DNA of 64,000 nt from Candidatus Scatovivens sp. (GTDB lineage Bacteria; Bacillota; Clostridia; TANB77; CAG-508): positions 230,346 to 294,345 of the forward strand of contig JAZRKN010000015.1 of the NCBI GenBank assembly GCA_045646345.1, given 5' to 3'. Below, piece after piece: positions 49,201 through 59,896 of the stretch (positions are counted from its first letter, which is position 1; every line of letters begins with the position of its first letter). The position numbers were made by a program, and so were the translations under genes. Below the pieces are notes generated by a model. That model saw nothing but the letters and a program-made list of their open reading frames with translations. It did not search any database and had not been told where the DNA came from.

Positions 49201-49611
49201 CTAATATTCTTCTATTTTAACTACTATTTTTTCTACTTCTCCATAGAATTTTTCTACTTCTAATTTAGTAATTTGATTATCATCTTTAAATGCCATTTTA
49301 TTTAAAGCATCTAATATTATTTTCACAATATTATCTATATCCGGTTTTTTAGTTGGACTTAGTTTTCCCGCTTCAATCAAAGCTTTATCTTTTTTAGTAA
49401 TTGTTTTTGGCACTTTAAAATATGCATCCACTTTAACTGAAACTCTATTTTCTAAAGGAACATATCTTGGATATTTAAGTTTAAAATATTGTTTTATTAA
49501 CATTTCATAATCTTTAGTATTTTCAGGAGTATAAGCCTTACAAGTATAAGTATTTACTCTTGGTCTTGCTTTTCCTTTTATATCTCCTATTACTTCAAAT
49601 TCAAATCCCAT
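49201..49611 (-). CDS. rusA: RusA family Holliday junction resolvase
   Basis: KGKARPR, YTP, KKPDIDNIVKIILDALN...DDNQI. Confidence 0.92.
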   Translation of the reverse strand: MGFEFEVIGDIKGKARPRVNTYTCKAYTPENTKDYEMLIKQYFKLKYPRYVPLENRVSVKVDAYFKVPKTITKKDKALIEAGKLSPTKKPDIDNIVKIILDALNKMAFKDDNQITKLEVEKFYGEVEKIVVKIEEY

Positions 49612-49623
49612 TTTATTCTCCGT

Positions 49624-50607
49624 TTATCCTTTTATAAATAATTTTGCACCTTCACTTGTAGCTTCTACTTTTGCATGTCCACCAACTGGGAATGTGATTA
49701 TAGGTGTTGTATGTCCAAAATCAACTCCACCAATTATTGGTATATTTTTTAGTTCTGGTTTATCAAATATTTTAAACCATTTTTCTTTTGTCATGCAAGA
49801 TCCTTTTTGTGCTCTACCACAAACAATTGCTTTTACTGTTTTAAATTCTGGCATATGCATTAATGATTGTAAGTTTCTATCAAATTCCATTAAGAATATT
49901 GGTCCTGACATCTCATCATCTTCTATAAATAAAACTTTGTTATTTATATCTGGCATATATTCTGTACCTTGTAATAAATTTAAAGTACATAAATTTCCAC
50001 CTACAATATCTCCTTCAGCAACACCATCATTAATCACATATATACCTTCATTTGCTTCAAAATGTCTATTTTCTTGATCAATAAACCAAGGTTCATCACT
50101 CCACTCATTTGATGCAACAACTTCAAATTCTTCATCTTGGAAAAACATTTTTTTGAAATATTCTAAAGAATATTCAAATCCTTTAAGCATTCCAAAACTT
50201 GAATAATGTGGACCAGAATATGTTACTACTCCTGTTTTAGCATAAATAGCATTTGATAATGCTGTTATGTCTGAAAATCCACAAAAGATTTTTGGATTGT
50301 TTTTTATAGCTTCATAATCAATGTAATCTAATAATTGATTTGAATTAAATCCTCCTATTACTGTTAATATCGCTTTAACATTTTCATCTCTAAAAGCTTC
50401 ATTTAAATCTTCTACTCTAGCATCTCTAGATGCACACATATAATCTGGATCAGCTTCCATTACATGTTTTCCAAAAGTAACTTTTAGCCCTAAAGCTTCT
50501 AATCTTTCTGTCGCTATTTTTTTACAATCTTCTCCTAGTATTGTCATACTTCTTGATGGAGCAATTACTCTTACTTCATCTCCTGCTTTTAATTTATTTG
50601 GTATCAT
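49624..50607 (-). CDS. S66 family LD-carboxypeptidase / MccF-like peptidase
   Basis: IAPS, IGGFNSNQLL, GFSDIT, GGNL, DFGHT. Confidence 0.93.
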   Translation of the reverse strand: MIPNKLKAGDEVRVIAPSRSMTILGEDCKKIATERLEALGLKVTFGKHVMEADPDYMCASRDARVEDLNEAFRDENVKAILTVIGGFNSNQLLDYIDYEAIKNNPKIFCGFSDITALSNAIYAKTGVVTYSGPHYSSFGMLKGFEYSLEYFKKMFFQDEEFEVVASNEWSDEPWFIDQENRHFEANEGIYVINDGVAEGDIVGGNLCTLNLLQGTEYMPDINNKVLFIEDDEMSGPIFLMEFDRNLQSLMHMPEFKTVKAIVCGRAQKGSCMTKEKWFKIFDKPELKNIPIIGGVDFGHTTPIITFPVGGHAKVEATSEGAKLFIKG

Positions 50608-50625
50608 AAACTTCCTCCTTTAAAT

Positions 50626-51621
50626 TTATTTTTGTTCTTTATAAAAACTATAAACATTTCCATAAATTAATTTTCTATAGCTTTCATTATTTTCAATATA
50701 TTCCTCAATATTTTTAGCTTCATTTAACGAAATTGCGTATGGTATATAATCGTCAAAAAGTATTGTGTCTTTTAATTCTCTTTCGGAAATCATTGTGTAA
50801 TCATGTAAATAATTTTTAACACCTGTCCATTTTTTTGCTTCTCTTTCTCCAAGTTCAGTTCTATGGAAGCTTTCGTTTGTATATTTGCTAAGTAAAAATA
50901 TTGTATATGCTATAATTACAAACATTCCTATTCCAGTTACAAAACCAATTATCTCTAAGAAAGTTTTTATAATGCTTGCTTTCATCACTTCAGATGTCAT
51001 CATACAAGTTGCACATACAGCTAAATCTAAGAAGAAATTTCTAAAAAAGTGTGTACTTCTTGCTCCCTTTTTAATATATCCAAATTTTTCTGCATCTTTA
51101 ACAACTAATTTATTAAATTCTTCGTAATTAAATTTTACTTCTTGCATTACAGCTTTTAATACATATCTTTCATGTTCAGATAAATTAATAATACTATTAT
51201 TTCTTAATATAGCTTTATCCTCTTCAAGTTCTATATATCCTTTTGACATTAGATAAGCAACAGTTGCTGTATAATCTGTTGTCTCTAAGCTTAAATCTAA
51301 TAAAAATGATGCTATAGCAGGAGGAAAATATTTAGGTAATTCTCTTACATATTCATCACTTGCTATAGTTTCCTTTTTTCTTCTTAATTTAGATAAATAG
51401 TACACTCCAAAAATTCCGCCATATATTAATAATGTTAAATATAAAAATGCACTAAGTAATGTTTTAGTATTCATCCAAAAATTAGAGAAAAATCCTCCAC
51501 CATTTCCTATTGAATAAAAAAGTGCAGCAATAAAATTTCCTAAAGTTCCCATTCCAAGAACCATTAGAAAATATATTTTTGTTAACATTATCACAAATCC
51601 TTTTACATCTTTTTTATCCAT
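50626..51621 (-). CDS. DUF2207-like membrane protein
   Basis: YVRELP..PPA, ATVAYLMSKGYI, TELG...KWTGVKNYL, YIPYAISL. Confidence 0.75.
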   Translation of the reverse strand: MDKKDVKGFVIMLTKIYFLMVLGMGTLGNFIAALFYSIGNGGGFFSNFWMNTKTLLSAFLYLTLLIYGGIFGVYYLSKLRRKKETIASDEYVRELPKYFPPAIASFLLDLSLETTDYTATVAYLMSKGYIELEEDKAILRNNSIINLSEHERYVLKAVMQEVKFNYEEFNKLVVKDAEKFGYIKKGARSTHFFRNFFLDLAVCATCMMTSEVMKASIIKTFLEIIGFVTGIGMFVIIAYTIFLLSKYTNESFHRTELGEREAKKWTGVKNYLHDYTMISERELKDTILFDDYIPYAISLNEAKNIEEYIENNESYRKLIYGNVYSFYKEQK

Positions 51622-51764
51622 TAATAAGCCTCTTTTAATTTATTTTCAATTCATTTTAAAGTCTTTTATATATTGTTTATTATATCACTAAGAAAATGAA
51701 AATAAAACAAGAAAATACATAAAAAAAGACAGCCTTTTTTTGGCTGCCTCTATTTATTTTTTTA

Positions 51765-52580
51765 TTAAATTTTTGCTAATTTACAACAAATACTACTAAT
51801 TGCAAGTAATACAATATATACAAGTACTATTCCTGCTCCTGTTGGCATATTTAAGAAAAATGCTGTAAAAATACCAACTAAGAAACATACAATTGATGTT
51901 AATGCACTCATTACTACTAATCCTTTAAAACTTGTTGTAAACTTTTTAGCAATAATTGCTGGGAAAACAATTAAACTAGATATTAGCATTGTTCCCATCA
52001 TTCTCATTCCAACTACAACTACTAATGCTGTTAAAAGAGCAATTAAAAATTGATAAAAAGTAACATTTATTCCTGTAGTTTTTGCATATTTTTCATCAAA
52101 TGTTACTAAGAATAATCTATTATAAAATGCAATATATATTCCGATTGAAAGTACAGTTAATATTATACTTAAAATAACATCTCCTGTATTCATAGCAAGA
52201 ATACTTCCGAACATGTAATTATAACTATCAGCTCCAAATCCACTAGTTGCTGCTGTTATTATAACCCCTAACGCTAATGCTCCTGTTGCAACTAAAGCAA
52301 TTATAATATCTGCTGATTCACCTTTCTTTTGGCTTATAAACATTATAATTATTGCAGCTATGATTACTATTGGAATTGATACTGCGATTGGTGGAAGATT
52401 TAATGCAACTGCTAATGCTAATGCTGCAAATCCAACTTCACCAAGTCCATGACCTATCATAGAATAATTTTTTAAAGTTAATATAACACCAATTAAAGCT
52501 GCAGAAAAAGATATTGCTATACCACAAAGAATTGCTCTTTGCATAAAGGTATATGATAATAAATTCATTATATCGCTCAT
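51765..52580 (-). CDS. znuB: Metal (Zn/Mn) ABC transporter permease
   Basis: FMQRA, YMFGSIL, FDEKYAKTTG, GTMLISSLIVFP. Confidence 0.9.
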   Translation of the reverse strand: MSDIMNLLSYTFMQRAILCGIAISFSAALIGVILTLKNYSMIGHGLGEVGFAALALAVALNLPPIAVSIPIVIIAAIIIMFISQKKGESADIIIALVATGALALGVIITAATSGFGADSYNYMFGSILAMNTGDVILSIILTVLSIGIYIAFYNRLFLVTFDEKYAKTTGINVTFYQFLIALLTALVVVVGMRMMGTMLISSLIVFPAIIAKKFTTSFKGLVVMSALTSIVCFLVGIFTAFFLNMPTGAGIVLVYIVLLAISSICCKLAKI

Positions 52581-52581
52581 T

Positions 52582-53244
52582 TTAAAATCCTTTCCACCCT
52601 TCTAAATCACCGTCATATTTTACTGTTTTAGCTAAAGTAATTATTCTAGGTTTAATTTCATTTATTTCTTCTAAATCATGTGTTGCCATTATAATTGTCA
52701 TTTTATTTTCTTTATTTAATGTTTCTAAAATTTTATATAATTCTTTGGTTATATTATAATCTAATCCTGTTGCTGGTTCATCTAGTATCAAAAGTTTTGG
52801 TTGTCTAACTAAAGCTCTTGCAATTAATACTCTTTGTTTTTGACCACCAGATAAATCTCCAATTCTTCTATATTGTAGATCTTCTATTTTTAAATCTTTA
52901 ATTACTTTTTCATAAACTTCTTTATCTTTTTTAGTATAAAAAGCAAGCTTACCATGTTTTTGTGTTCCAGACATTATTATCTCTTTTGATGTAGCTGGAA
53001 AATCTAAATCTTTTAAATTTGTTTGTGAAAGATAAGCAACTTCATCTAAAGAAATATTTAAATTAACTTGTCCCTCTTCTTGTTTTAAAAGTCCTACTAT
53101 AGTTTTTACTAAAGTACTTTTTCCAGAACCATTTTCACCTACTAAGCAAACATATTCCCCATCTTCAATTTTAAAATTAATATTTTCAATTGCTGTATGA
53201 TTTGAATATGAAACTTTTAATTTTTCAACTTCTAAAATAGTCAT
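52582..53244 (-). CDS. znuC: Metal ABC transporter ATP-binding protein
   Basis: GENGSGKST, LSGGQKQRVLIARAL, LDEP. Confidence 0.92.
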   Translation of the reverse strand: MTILEVEKLKVSYSNHTAIENINFKIEDGEYVCLVGENGSGKSTLVKTIVGLLKQEEGQVNLNISLDEVAYLSQTNLKDLDFPATSKEIIMSGTQKHGKLAFYTKKDKEVYEKVIKDLKIEDLQYRRIGDLSGGQKQRVLIARALVRQPKLLILDEPATGLDYNITKELYKILETLNKENKMTIIMATHDLEEINEIKPRIITLAKTVKYDGDLEGWKGF

Positions 53245-53279
53245 TTTTCTTACCTTTCTATTTTTATTAAAATTGGATT

Positions 53280-54284
53280 TTATTTTAATCCTTCTTTTAG
53301 GTTTTCAATATTTTTTCTCATTAATGATACATAAGTATCTTTTCCAGGTAGTCCATTATGAATTGAATACAATACTAAAGGTTTTGCTTCTGTTTCTTCT
53401 GCAATCATTTTTGCTACTGTACCTTCACTTAATTCTTCATAATAAACAACTGGCATTTCATGTTTATTTATATAATCTATTACTGATTTTACTTTTGCTA
53501 TACTTGGATCTTTACCATGACCACAATTTGTATATACACTTACAAATTTTAAATCATATTGTTCTACAAAATATGCATATGCGAACTCTCCGCCAACTGC
53601 AATCTCTTTTTGCTTTGAATTTCCCACAATTTGCTCTATTTCTGTAGATAATTTAGCAATCTCATCTTTATATTTAGATGCATTTTGTTTATAATACTCT
53701 GCATTTTCTGGATCAATTTCACAAATTGCATTTAATATATTTTCAAGCATTATAGTTGCATTATCTAAACTTTGCCAAATATGACCATCATACATTTCTT
53801 GATGATCACATGCTTCAGTATGAACATGCTCATTTTCTTCTTTATGCTCATGTTCATCATCATGATCAATTTCACTATTTATATATCTTTCTTCAAATTC
53901 TTCAATTTTAATTAATTCAATATTATCTGAAACATTTACAATCTTACACTCAGATTCTTTTAATGTTCCAATAATATCTGTAGTCCATGGTTCTAAGAAT
54001 TCACCTGTATATAAAAACATATCAGTATTATCTAAAAGCATTACCATATCTTGTGCTGTTGGTTCATAGTTATGTGTTTCTACACCAGAACCAACTAACA
54101 AATCTACTTCTGCTTTATCTCCTACAATTTGTTTTGCAAAATCATATTGAGGAAATAATGTTGCGACTATTTGAATTTTAGATTCATCTTTTTTAGTTAT
54201 TTCTGGTCTAAAACAAATTACAACTAAAACCATTACAATTATTAATATTAAAAAACTTATTATAGCTGTTATCTTTTTTCTCAT
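53280..54284 (-). CDS. znuA: Zinc ABC transporter substrate-binding protein
   Basis: ETHNYEPT, His/acid-rich loop, DGHIW. Confidence 0.9.
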   Translation of the reverse strand: MRKKITAIISFLILIIVMVLVVICFRPEITKKDESKIQIVATLFPQYDFAKQIVGDKAEVDLLVGSGVETHNYEPTAQDMVMLLDNTDMFLYTGEFLEPWTTDIIGTLKESECKIVNVSDNIELIKIEEFEERYINSEIDHDDEHEHKEENEHVHTEACDHQEMYDGHIWQSLDNATIMLENILNAICEIDPENAEYYKQNASKYKDEIAKLSTEIEQIVGNSKQKEIAVGGEFAYAYFVEQYDLKFVSVYTNCGHGKDPSIAKVKSVIDYINKHEMPVVYYEELSEGTVAKMIAEETEAKPLVLYSIHNGLPGKDTYVSLMRKNIENLKEGLK

Positions 54285-54539
54285 TTTACCCTTTCTAATT
54301 TAATCCTTTTAATATTAGATTTTCCTTGAAACATAAGCTTCCACAGGACTCAAATTATTTCTTTTCGCATATTATAGAATACTATATTTTAAGCCATTTG
54401 TCAACTTTATGTAAATAAGTGAATAGTTGTTCATACGTTGAATTTTAAAGTATAAAAATAAAAAAGAACTAAACAAGATTTACCTCATTTAGTTCATTTT
54501 TTATTTAAATTTAATTTAAAACGATATATTATTTATTCT

Positions 54540-55598
54540 TTAAAATGTTACCAAAAATGCTTTTGTTGCTTCTGCTATTCCTTTTGGATTTGTTAATTGA
54601 ATTACAGAATCACCTTCAACAACTTGTATTGATTGAATTAATGTATTTGTCATTAATTTATCCGCTAAATCATTTAAGCTTACATTTGATTCTCCACTCT
54701 TTTTAACATCTTCATATTGTTTAACTGTATCTTTAGCTAATATTTGAAGAACTGGTACAAAATCTGGATATACATAGTTTTCCATTTCTTTCATATTCTC
54801 TTCTAATTTTTCCATTTCTCTAACCATTGTTCTACTTAAGTAATTACTTCCAATTCTATTTCTGTATACTGAAAGTTCTTCTTCTCCATATATTTCTGGC
54901 ATTGCTTTCATTTTATCAATATAAAAAATATCTTCTTTTACATAACTTAATACACGTTCAAATCCTGTTAATTCAAATATTGCTGTTAAATTAATATTTG
55001 CTTTTTCTTCTCTTTGTTTAACTTGATAATATTCATCTTTAAGTTCTTGAGGATATTTACCATCTATTGAAACAATTCCTTGAACAAGATCTGGATATGT
55101 TTGTTGGAAATACATAGCATATACTGCTGAATGTCCATGTGGCATTAATATATATGGTCCTTGTACTCCATAAGCTTCTAATGCTGCTTTTACTTCTGCT
55201 ACTATATTTTCATTTGTTCTAGGATGTGCTTTCATTGACATACTATAACCATATCCAAAATATTCTACAATAACAACTCTGTATTCATTTTTTAATTCTT
55301 CTGCTAACGCTCTATATTGAATTATTGGAGATTGTGATCCGAAAGCTGGTAATATAACTATAGTTTTTGAACCTTCTCCTATAGAATACATATTCATCAT
55401 TTTTCCTTCTTCTTCATATACAGGAACTAGTTTTTTATATTGTCCAGTATATCTTGAAGATATTTCACTCATTTTTACTACGTTATGTAAGATTACACCA
55501 ATTAATAATACAAGAGCAATTTTTAATCCCCAAGTAACAAGAAAATCTTTTATTGCATCTAATACACCAAATATTTTGAATAAAATTTTATTTAACAT
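54540..55598 (-). CDS. Membrane-anchored alpha/beta hydrolase-fold protein with degenerate catalytic motifs
   Basis: VEYFGYGYS, GPYILMPHGHS, GIVSID. Confidence 0.8.
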   Translation of the reverse strand: MLNKILFKIFGVLDAIKDFLVTWGLKIALVLLIGVILHNVVKMSEISSRYTGQYKKLVPVYEEEGKMMNMYSIGEGSKTIVILPAFGSQSPIIQYRALAEELKNEYRVVIVEYFGYGYSMSMKAHPRTNENIVAEVKAALEAYGVQGPYILMPHGHSAVYAMYFQQTYPDLVQGIVSIDGKYPQELKDEYYQVKQREEKANINLTAIFELTGFERVLSYVKEDIFYIDKMKAMPEIYGEEELSVYRNRIGSNYLSRTMVREMEKLEENMKEMENYVYPDFVPVLQILAKDTVKQYEDVKKSGESNVSLNDLADKLMTNTLIQSIQVVEGDSVIQLTNPKGIAEATKAFLVTF

Positions 55599-55616
55599 TA
55601 TATTTTTCTCCTTTGT

Positions 55617-56063
55617 TTAATAGTTTAACGCATATTGCGAATTATAAACTTTATCAAGAATTTTTACTTCTATAGAAAAGCTTTCTCTTTCAGATTTATC
55701 TACAATAACTTTAAAACTCTCAGCACCTTCGCATAACTTAATTTTGTTACAGTAAATTATATCACCTACTTTTATAAATGTAGTTGTTGTTCCATCTTCT
55801 CTTTGAAAAGTTATAAAATAACTTGAAGTATCATCATTATCTACTAATCCAAAATTTTTTATTGATAAGTTTTTTGTTTGAAGTGTTTTTAATAAATATA
55901 GATTTAAAACAGAATAATCTGAATTTGCTTTAGTCTCTCTATTTATTTTTTGAATATTTCCATAAAAATATGACATTAATCCACTTATAATGAAAAAAAT
56001 TAATGTAAATACAAACACATATATAACTAAATTTGTCATAATTTTATTTCCTTTAGAGTTCAT
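55617..56063 (-). CDS. Hypothetical protein with pilin-like N-terminal hydrophobic helix
   Basis: MNSKG followed by one TM helix; start uncertain (ORF track extends to 56114). Confidence 0.55.
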   Translation of the reverse strand: MNSKGNKIMTNLVIYVFVFTLIFFIISGLMSYFYGNIQKINRETKANSDYSVLNLYLLKTLQTKNLSIKNFGLVDNDDTSSYFITFQREDGTTTTFIKVGDIIYCNKIKLCEGAESFKVIVDKSERESFSIEVKILDKVYNSQYALNY

Positions 56064-56200
56064 ATCTTGTAAATCACTTTCTAAAATAAAATTCTTATAT
56101 AAAAAATATAACATATAATAAATTATTTATCAAATAATTTAACATAAATTATTTGCTTTTAAACAAAGAAAATAGACTAATTATAAGATTTTACTTATAA

Positions 56201-56692
56201 TTAGCCTATTAATTTTCTTAAGAATCCAAAATACATTTCTAAGCTTTTTGGTGTTTCGCCTTCTTCTATTAATTTTTCTAGTTCTTCCTTTGTTACCCAT
56301 TTTACCGCTGCTACTTCTTCTGGTTGCATTGTAATTTCGTCTAGTTCTATGTCTTTTCTAACTAGGTATACATCTACAAAGTCATGGTTTCTTTTGTATG
56401 ACATCATTAATTCTACTTCTTCAGGTTTTACTGTTATTCCTAATTCTTCTTTTACTTCTCTGTATACTGTATCTATTGTTTTCTCCCCAAGGTCTGTTCC
56501 TCCACTTGTTATTGACCAAAGATTTGGGTATAGTCTTTTGGTTGGTGTTCTTTTTTGTATTAGTAATTCTCCTTTGCTATTTTGAATCCATACATGTGCT
56601 CCTTGTGAATATTCACCATCTGCATGCTTGTAACGTTCTAATTCTTTTCCTAATGGCATTCTCTTGTTGTTAAACATTTCCATCATTTCCAT
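56201..56692 (-). CDS. NUDIX hydrolase (IDI-like)
   Basis: LLIQKR...PNLW, GG..DLGE......REVKEELG. Confidence 0.92.
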   Translation of the reverse strand: MEMMEMFNNKRMPLGKELERYKHADGEYSQGAHVWIQNSKGELLIQKRTPTKRLYPNLWSITSGGTDLGEKTIDTVYREVKEELGITVKPEEVELMMSYKRNHDFVDVYLVRKDIELDEITMQPEEVAAVKWVTKEELEKLIEEGETPKSLEMYFGFLRKLIG

Positions 56693-56850
56693 AATTTTTT
56701 CCTCCTAAAATTTTAAAGTTTTCGTGGCCACAAAAAACTTCATAATATTTATTGTAATTAAAGAAAAACTTTAATATTACAACCAATTAAATAATTATAA
56801 AAAACAATCAAAAAAGAAGAACTTTAAAAGTTCTTCTTTTTCTAGTGAAA

Positions 56851-57222
56851 TTATTTTAATTCAACTGTTGCTCCAGCTTCAACGAATTTAGCTTTCATAG
56901 CTTCTGCTTCATCTTTAGCTACAGCTTCTTTAACTGTTTTAGGTGCTCCGTCAACTAATTCTTTAGCTTCTTTTAATCCTAATCCTGTTACGTCTCTAAC
57001 AACTTTGATAACAGCGATTTTGTTTGATCCAGCGTCAGCTAAAACTACATCAAATTCTGATTTTTCAGCTGCTCCACCTTCAGCTCCTGCTCCTGCAGCT
57101 GGTGCTGCAACAGCTGCTGCTGTTACTCCGTATTTTTCTTCAATTCCTTTTACTAATTCTGCTAACTCAACTACTGTTAAGCTATCGATTTCTTCTAACA
57201 TTTTATCTGTTTTTTCACTCAT
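56851..57222 (-). CDS. rplL: 50S ribosomal protein L7/L12
   Basis: [30 protein letters not shown]. Confidence 0.99.
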   Translation of the reverse strand: MSEKTDKMLEEIDSLTVVELAELVKGIEEKYGVTAAAVAAPAAGAGAEGGAAEKSEFDVVLADAGSNKIAVIKVVRDVTGLGLKEAKELVDGAPKTVKEAVAKDEAEAMKAKFVEAGATVELK

Positions 57223-57365
57223 TTTAATATCCTCCTAATTTTTTTATATTATTTTTATTTTTTTTAATTTTATTTGATAGTTTACTATCATTTTAAGTGA
57301 ATGTACTTATTTTTAAGTACTAAAATGTATATTAAATTAAATTTAATATTTTACTTTAAGCTAAA

Positions 57366-57872
57366 TTATTTAGCTTCTTCTTCTTTTTTAACTCTAACTG
57401 CATCAAGTGTAGCAGCAAGTTTTGAAACGTTTGCAAGTAAGCATCCAGCCAATTTTGCAATAAGTTCTTCTCTTGATGGTAATTGAGCAAGAGTTGTTAA
57501 TTCTTCTACTGATGATACGTTTCCTTCTAATACTCCACCTTTAATTTTGTAGAAATCATTTGCTTTAGCAAATTTGTAGATTGCTTTTAATGTTGGTAAG
57601 TATTCTTCTTGAGCTATAATAACAGCTGTTGGTCCTTCTAAAGCAGCATCTAATGTATCAATTCCATTTTCTTTTAATGCTCTTCTTGTTATGTTGTTTT
57701 TGATAACAGCATATTCTCCACCAACTTCTCTTACAGCTTTTCTTAAACCTGTTACATCAGCTACGTTGATTCCTCTATAGTCTACTAAAAGAACTAAACT
57801 AGCATCTTTCATTTTTTCAGCTAATTTTTTTACTTCTTCTTCTTTTTGTTTAATGATTATTTCACTAGCCAA
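57366..57872 (-). CDS. rplJ: 50S ribosomal protein L10 (TTG start)
   Basis: VDYRGINV, KNNI, LEGPTA, LPSREEL; GGAGGTG RBS. Confidence 0.98.
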   Translation of the reverse strand: MASEIIIKQKEEEVKKLAEKMKDASLVLLVDYRGINVADVTGLRKAVREVGGEYAVIKNNITRRALKENGIDTLDAALEGPTAVIIAQEEYLPTLKAIYKFAKANDFYKIKGGVLEGNVSSVEELTTLAQLPSREELIAKLAGCLLANVSKLAATLDAVRVKKEEEAK

Positions 57873-57944
57873 TTTAATTTCACCTCCACTATTTATATTA
57901 ACTTATTTTTTACTAAAATTATTGCTTGCATTTCAAAATGAAAT

Positions 57945-58062
57945 ACAAAAAACTCTTTGTTACCAAATCGCGCGAGGTAACAAAGAGTTCTTTTAATCCG
58001 ATCTCTTATTAATTTACCTCGGTAGGATTTAATTTTGTTACCTACTGTCTTTGGTATCTATT
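57945..58062 (-). promoter_or_regulatory. L10 leader RNA with attenuator hairpin
   Basis: AAGACAGTAGGT...TAAATCCTACCGAGG, followed by AACTCTTTGTTACC/GGTAACAAAGAGTT + T tract. Confidence 0.85.
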
Positions 58063-58081
58063 TTTAAAATTTAAACTTCAA

Positions 58082-58765
58082 TTATTTTTGATTTACATAT
58101 ACGCTTGGTCCCATTGTTGTTGTTAAAGCAACACTTTTAATGTATTGTCCTTTAGCAGCAGCTGGTTTAGCTTTGATTATAGCGTCAATTAATGTTTGGT
58201 AGTTTTCTGCTAATTTTTCAGCACCAAATGAAACTTTTCCAATTCCTACGTGGATGATGTTTGTTTTATCTAATCTGTATTCTACTTTACCAGATTTGAT
58301 TTCAGAAATAGCTTTTGTAACATCCATTGTTACTGTTCCTGATTTAGGGTTTGGCATTAATCCTTTTGGTCCTAATACTTTACCTAATCTTCCGATTACA
58401 CCCATCATGTCTGGTGTAGCTACGATTACATCATAATCGAACCAGTTTTCTTTTTCGATTTTTGGAACTAATTCTTCAGCTCCTACGAAATCTGCTCCAG
58501 CAGCTTCAGCTTCTTTAGCTTTATCTCCTTTAGCAAATACTAATACTCTTAAAGATTTACCTGTTCCATTAGGTAATACAACTGTACCTCTAACTTGTTG
58601 ATCAGCATGTTTAGAATCAACACCTAATTTAACGTGTAATTCAACTGTTTCATCAAATTTTGGTTTTGGCATTTTTTCGATTAATTCTAAAGCTTCTTTA
58701 GCTTCGTATTCTCTTGTGCTGTCTACTAATTTAGCAGCTTCTTGATATCTTTTTCCTCTTTTCAT
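58082..58765 (-). CDS. rplA: 50S ribosomal protein L1
   Basis: [27 protein letters not shown]; ATG at 58765. Confidence 0.99.
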   Translation of the reverse strand: MKRGKRYQEAAKLVDSTREYEAKEALELIEKMPKPKFDETVELHVKLGVDSKHADQQVRGTVVLPNGTGKSLRVLVFAKGDKAKEAEAAGADFVGAEELVPKIEKENWFDYDVIVATPDMMGVIGRLGKVLGPKGLMPNPKSGTVTMDVTKAISEIKSGKVEYRLDKTNIIHVGIGKVSFGAEKLAENYQTLIDAIIKAKPAAAKGQYIKSVALTTTMGPSVYVNQK

Positions 58766-58769
58766 TTTT

Positions 58770-58812
58770 CCTCCCGTGGTACTAACGAGCATTTATACCT
58801 GCTCTCCCAAAT
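58770..58812 (-). promoter_or_regulatory. L1-binding leader between rplK and rplA
   Basis: GGGAG-hairpin(GAGCA...TGCTC)-ACCAC adjacent to the rplA RBS. Confidence 0.65.
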
Positions 58813-58859
58813 TTTATTTTTTTATTTATATATATTTAAAATATATATCAAAAGATTAA

Positions 58860-59288
58860 TTAGTCAACTACAACTACACCCATTGATCTAGCTGTACCTG
58901 CAACCATGCTCATAGCTGCTTCTACTGATGCAGCATTTAAGTCTTCCATTTTTTGTTCAGCTATTGCTCTAACTTGATCTTTAGTTATTTTAGCAACTTT
59001 ATCTTTGTTAGGTTTTCCTGAACCGCTTTTTAATCCTAATGCTTTTTTGATTAGAACTGCAACTGGTGGAACTTTTGTAATAAAAGAAAATGTTTTATCT
59101 TTATATACAGAAATAACAACTGGTATGATCATACCTGGTTGGTTAGCTGTTCTATCGTTGAATTCTTTAACAAATTGCATAATATTAACACCTGATGAAC
59201 CTAAAGCTGGTCCTACTGGTGGAGCTGGTGTAGCTTTTCCAGCTTCTATTTGTAATTTAATAACATTTACAACTTCTTTCTCTGCCAT
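58860..59288 (-). CDS. rplK: 50S ribosomal protein L11
   Basis: [22 protein letters not shown]. Confidence 0.99.
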   Translation of the reverse strand: MAEKEVVNVIKLQIEAGKATPAPPVGPALGSSGVNIMQFVKEFNDRTANQPGMIIPVVISVYKDKTFSFITKVPPVAVLIKKALGLKSGSGKPNKDKVAKITKDQVRAIAEQKMEDLNAASVEAAMSMVAGTARSMGVVVVD

Positions 59289-59308
59289 TTTGTACTAGCA
59301 CCTCCTTC

Positions 59309-59845
59309 TTAGTTTACTTTTTGAACTTGTGAAAATTCTAATTCTACTGGAGTTTCTCTTCCAAACATAGAAACTAAAACTTTTACTTTTTGTTTTTCTT
59401 TATTTATTTCTTGAACTGTTCCGATAAATCCTTCTAATGGTCCGTTAACAACACTTACTGTGTCATTTACGTCATAGTCAATATTTACTGGAACTGAATC
59501 AAATCCCATATTTCTTATTTCTGCATCTGTAAGTGGAATAGGGTCTGTTCCAGAACCTACAAATCCTGTAACACCTCTAGTATTTCTTACAATATACCAT
59601 GATTCTTCTGTTACTATCATTTTAATAAGAACATATCCAGGGAAAACTTTCTTTAAATTAGTTTTTCTTTTTCCATCTTTTATTTCTACTTGTTCTTCCA
59701 TAGGAACAACTATATTAAAGAAGAAATCCTCTAGTTCTCTATTTTTAATAGTTTTTTCTAAGTCTGTTTTTACTTTGTTTTCATAACCAGAATATGTATG
59801 TACTACATACCACTTTGGCTCTAATTTATTCTCTTCTTGAGACAT
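59309..59845 (-). CDS. nusG: Transcription termination/antitermination factor NusG
   Basis: WYVVHTYSGYENKV, FPGYVL, VSMFGRETPVEL. Confidence 0.99.
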   Translation of the reverse strand: MSQEENKLEPKWYVVHTYSGYENKVKTDLEKTIKNRELEDFFFNIVVPMEEQVEIKDGKRKTNLKKVFPGYVLIKMIVTEESWYIVRNTRGVTGFVGSGTDPIPLTDAEIRNMGFDSVPVNIDYDVNDTVSVVNGPLEGFIGTVQEINKEKQKVKVLVSMFGRETPVELEFSQVQKVN

Positions 59846-59896
59846 ATTTTAGCCTCCCTTTAATATTCTTCGATTATTAGTAACTAGAATTACTAA

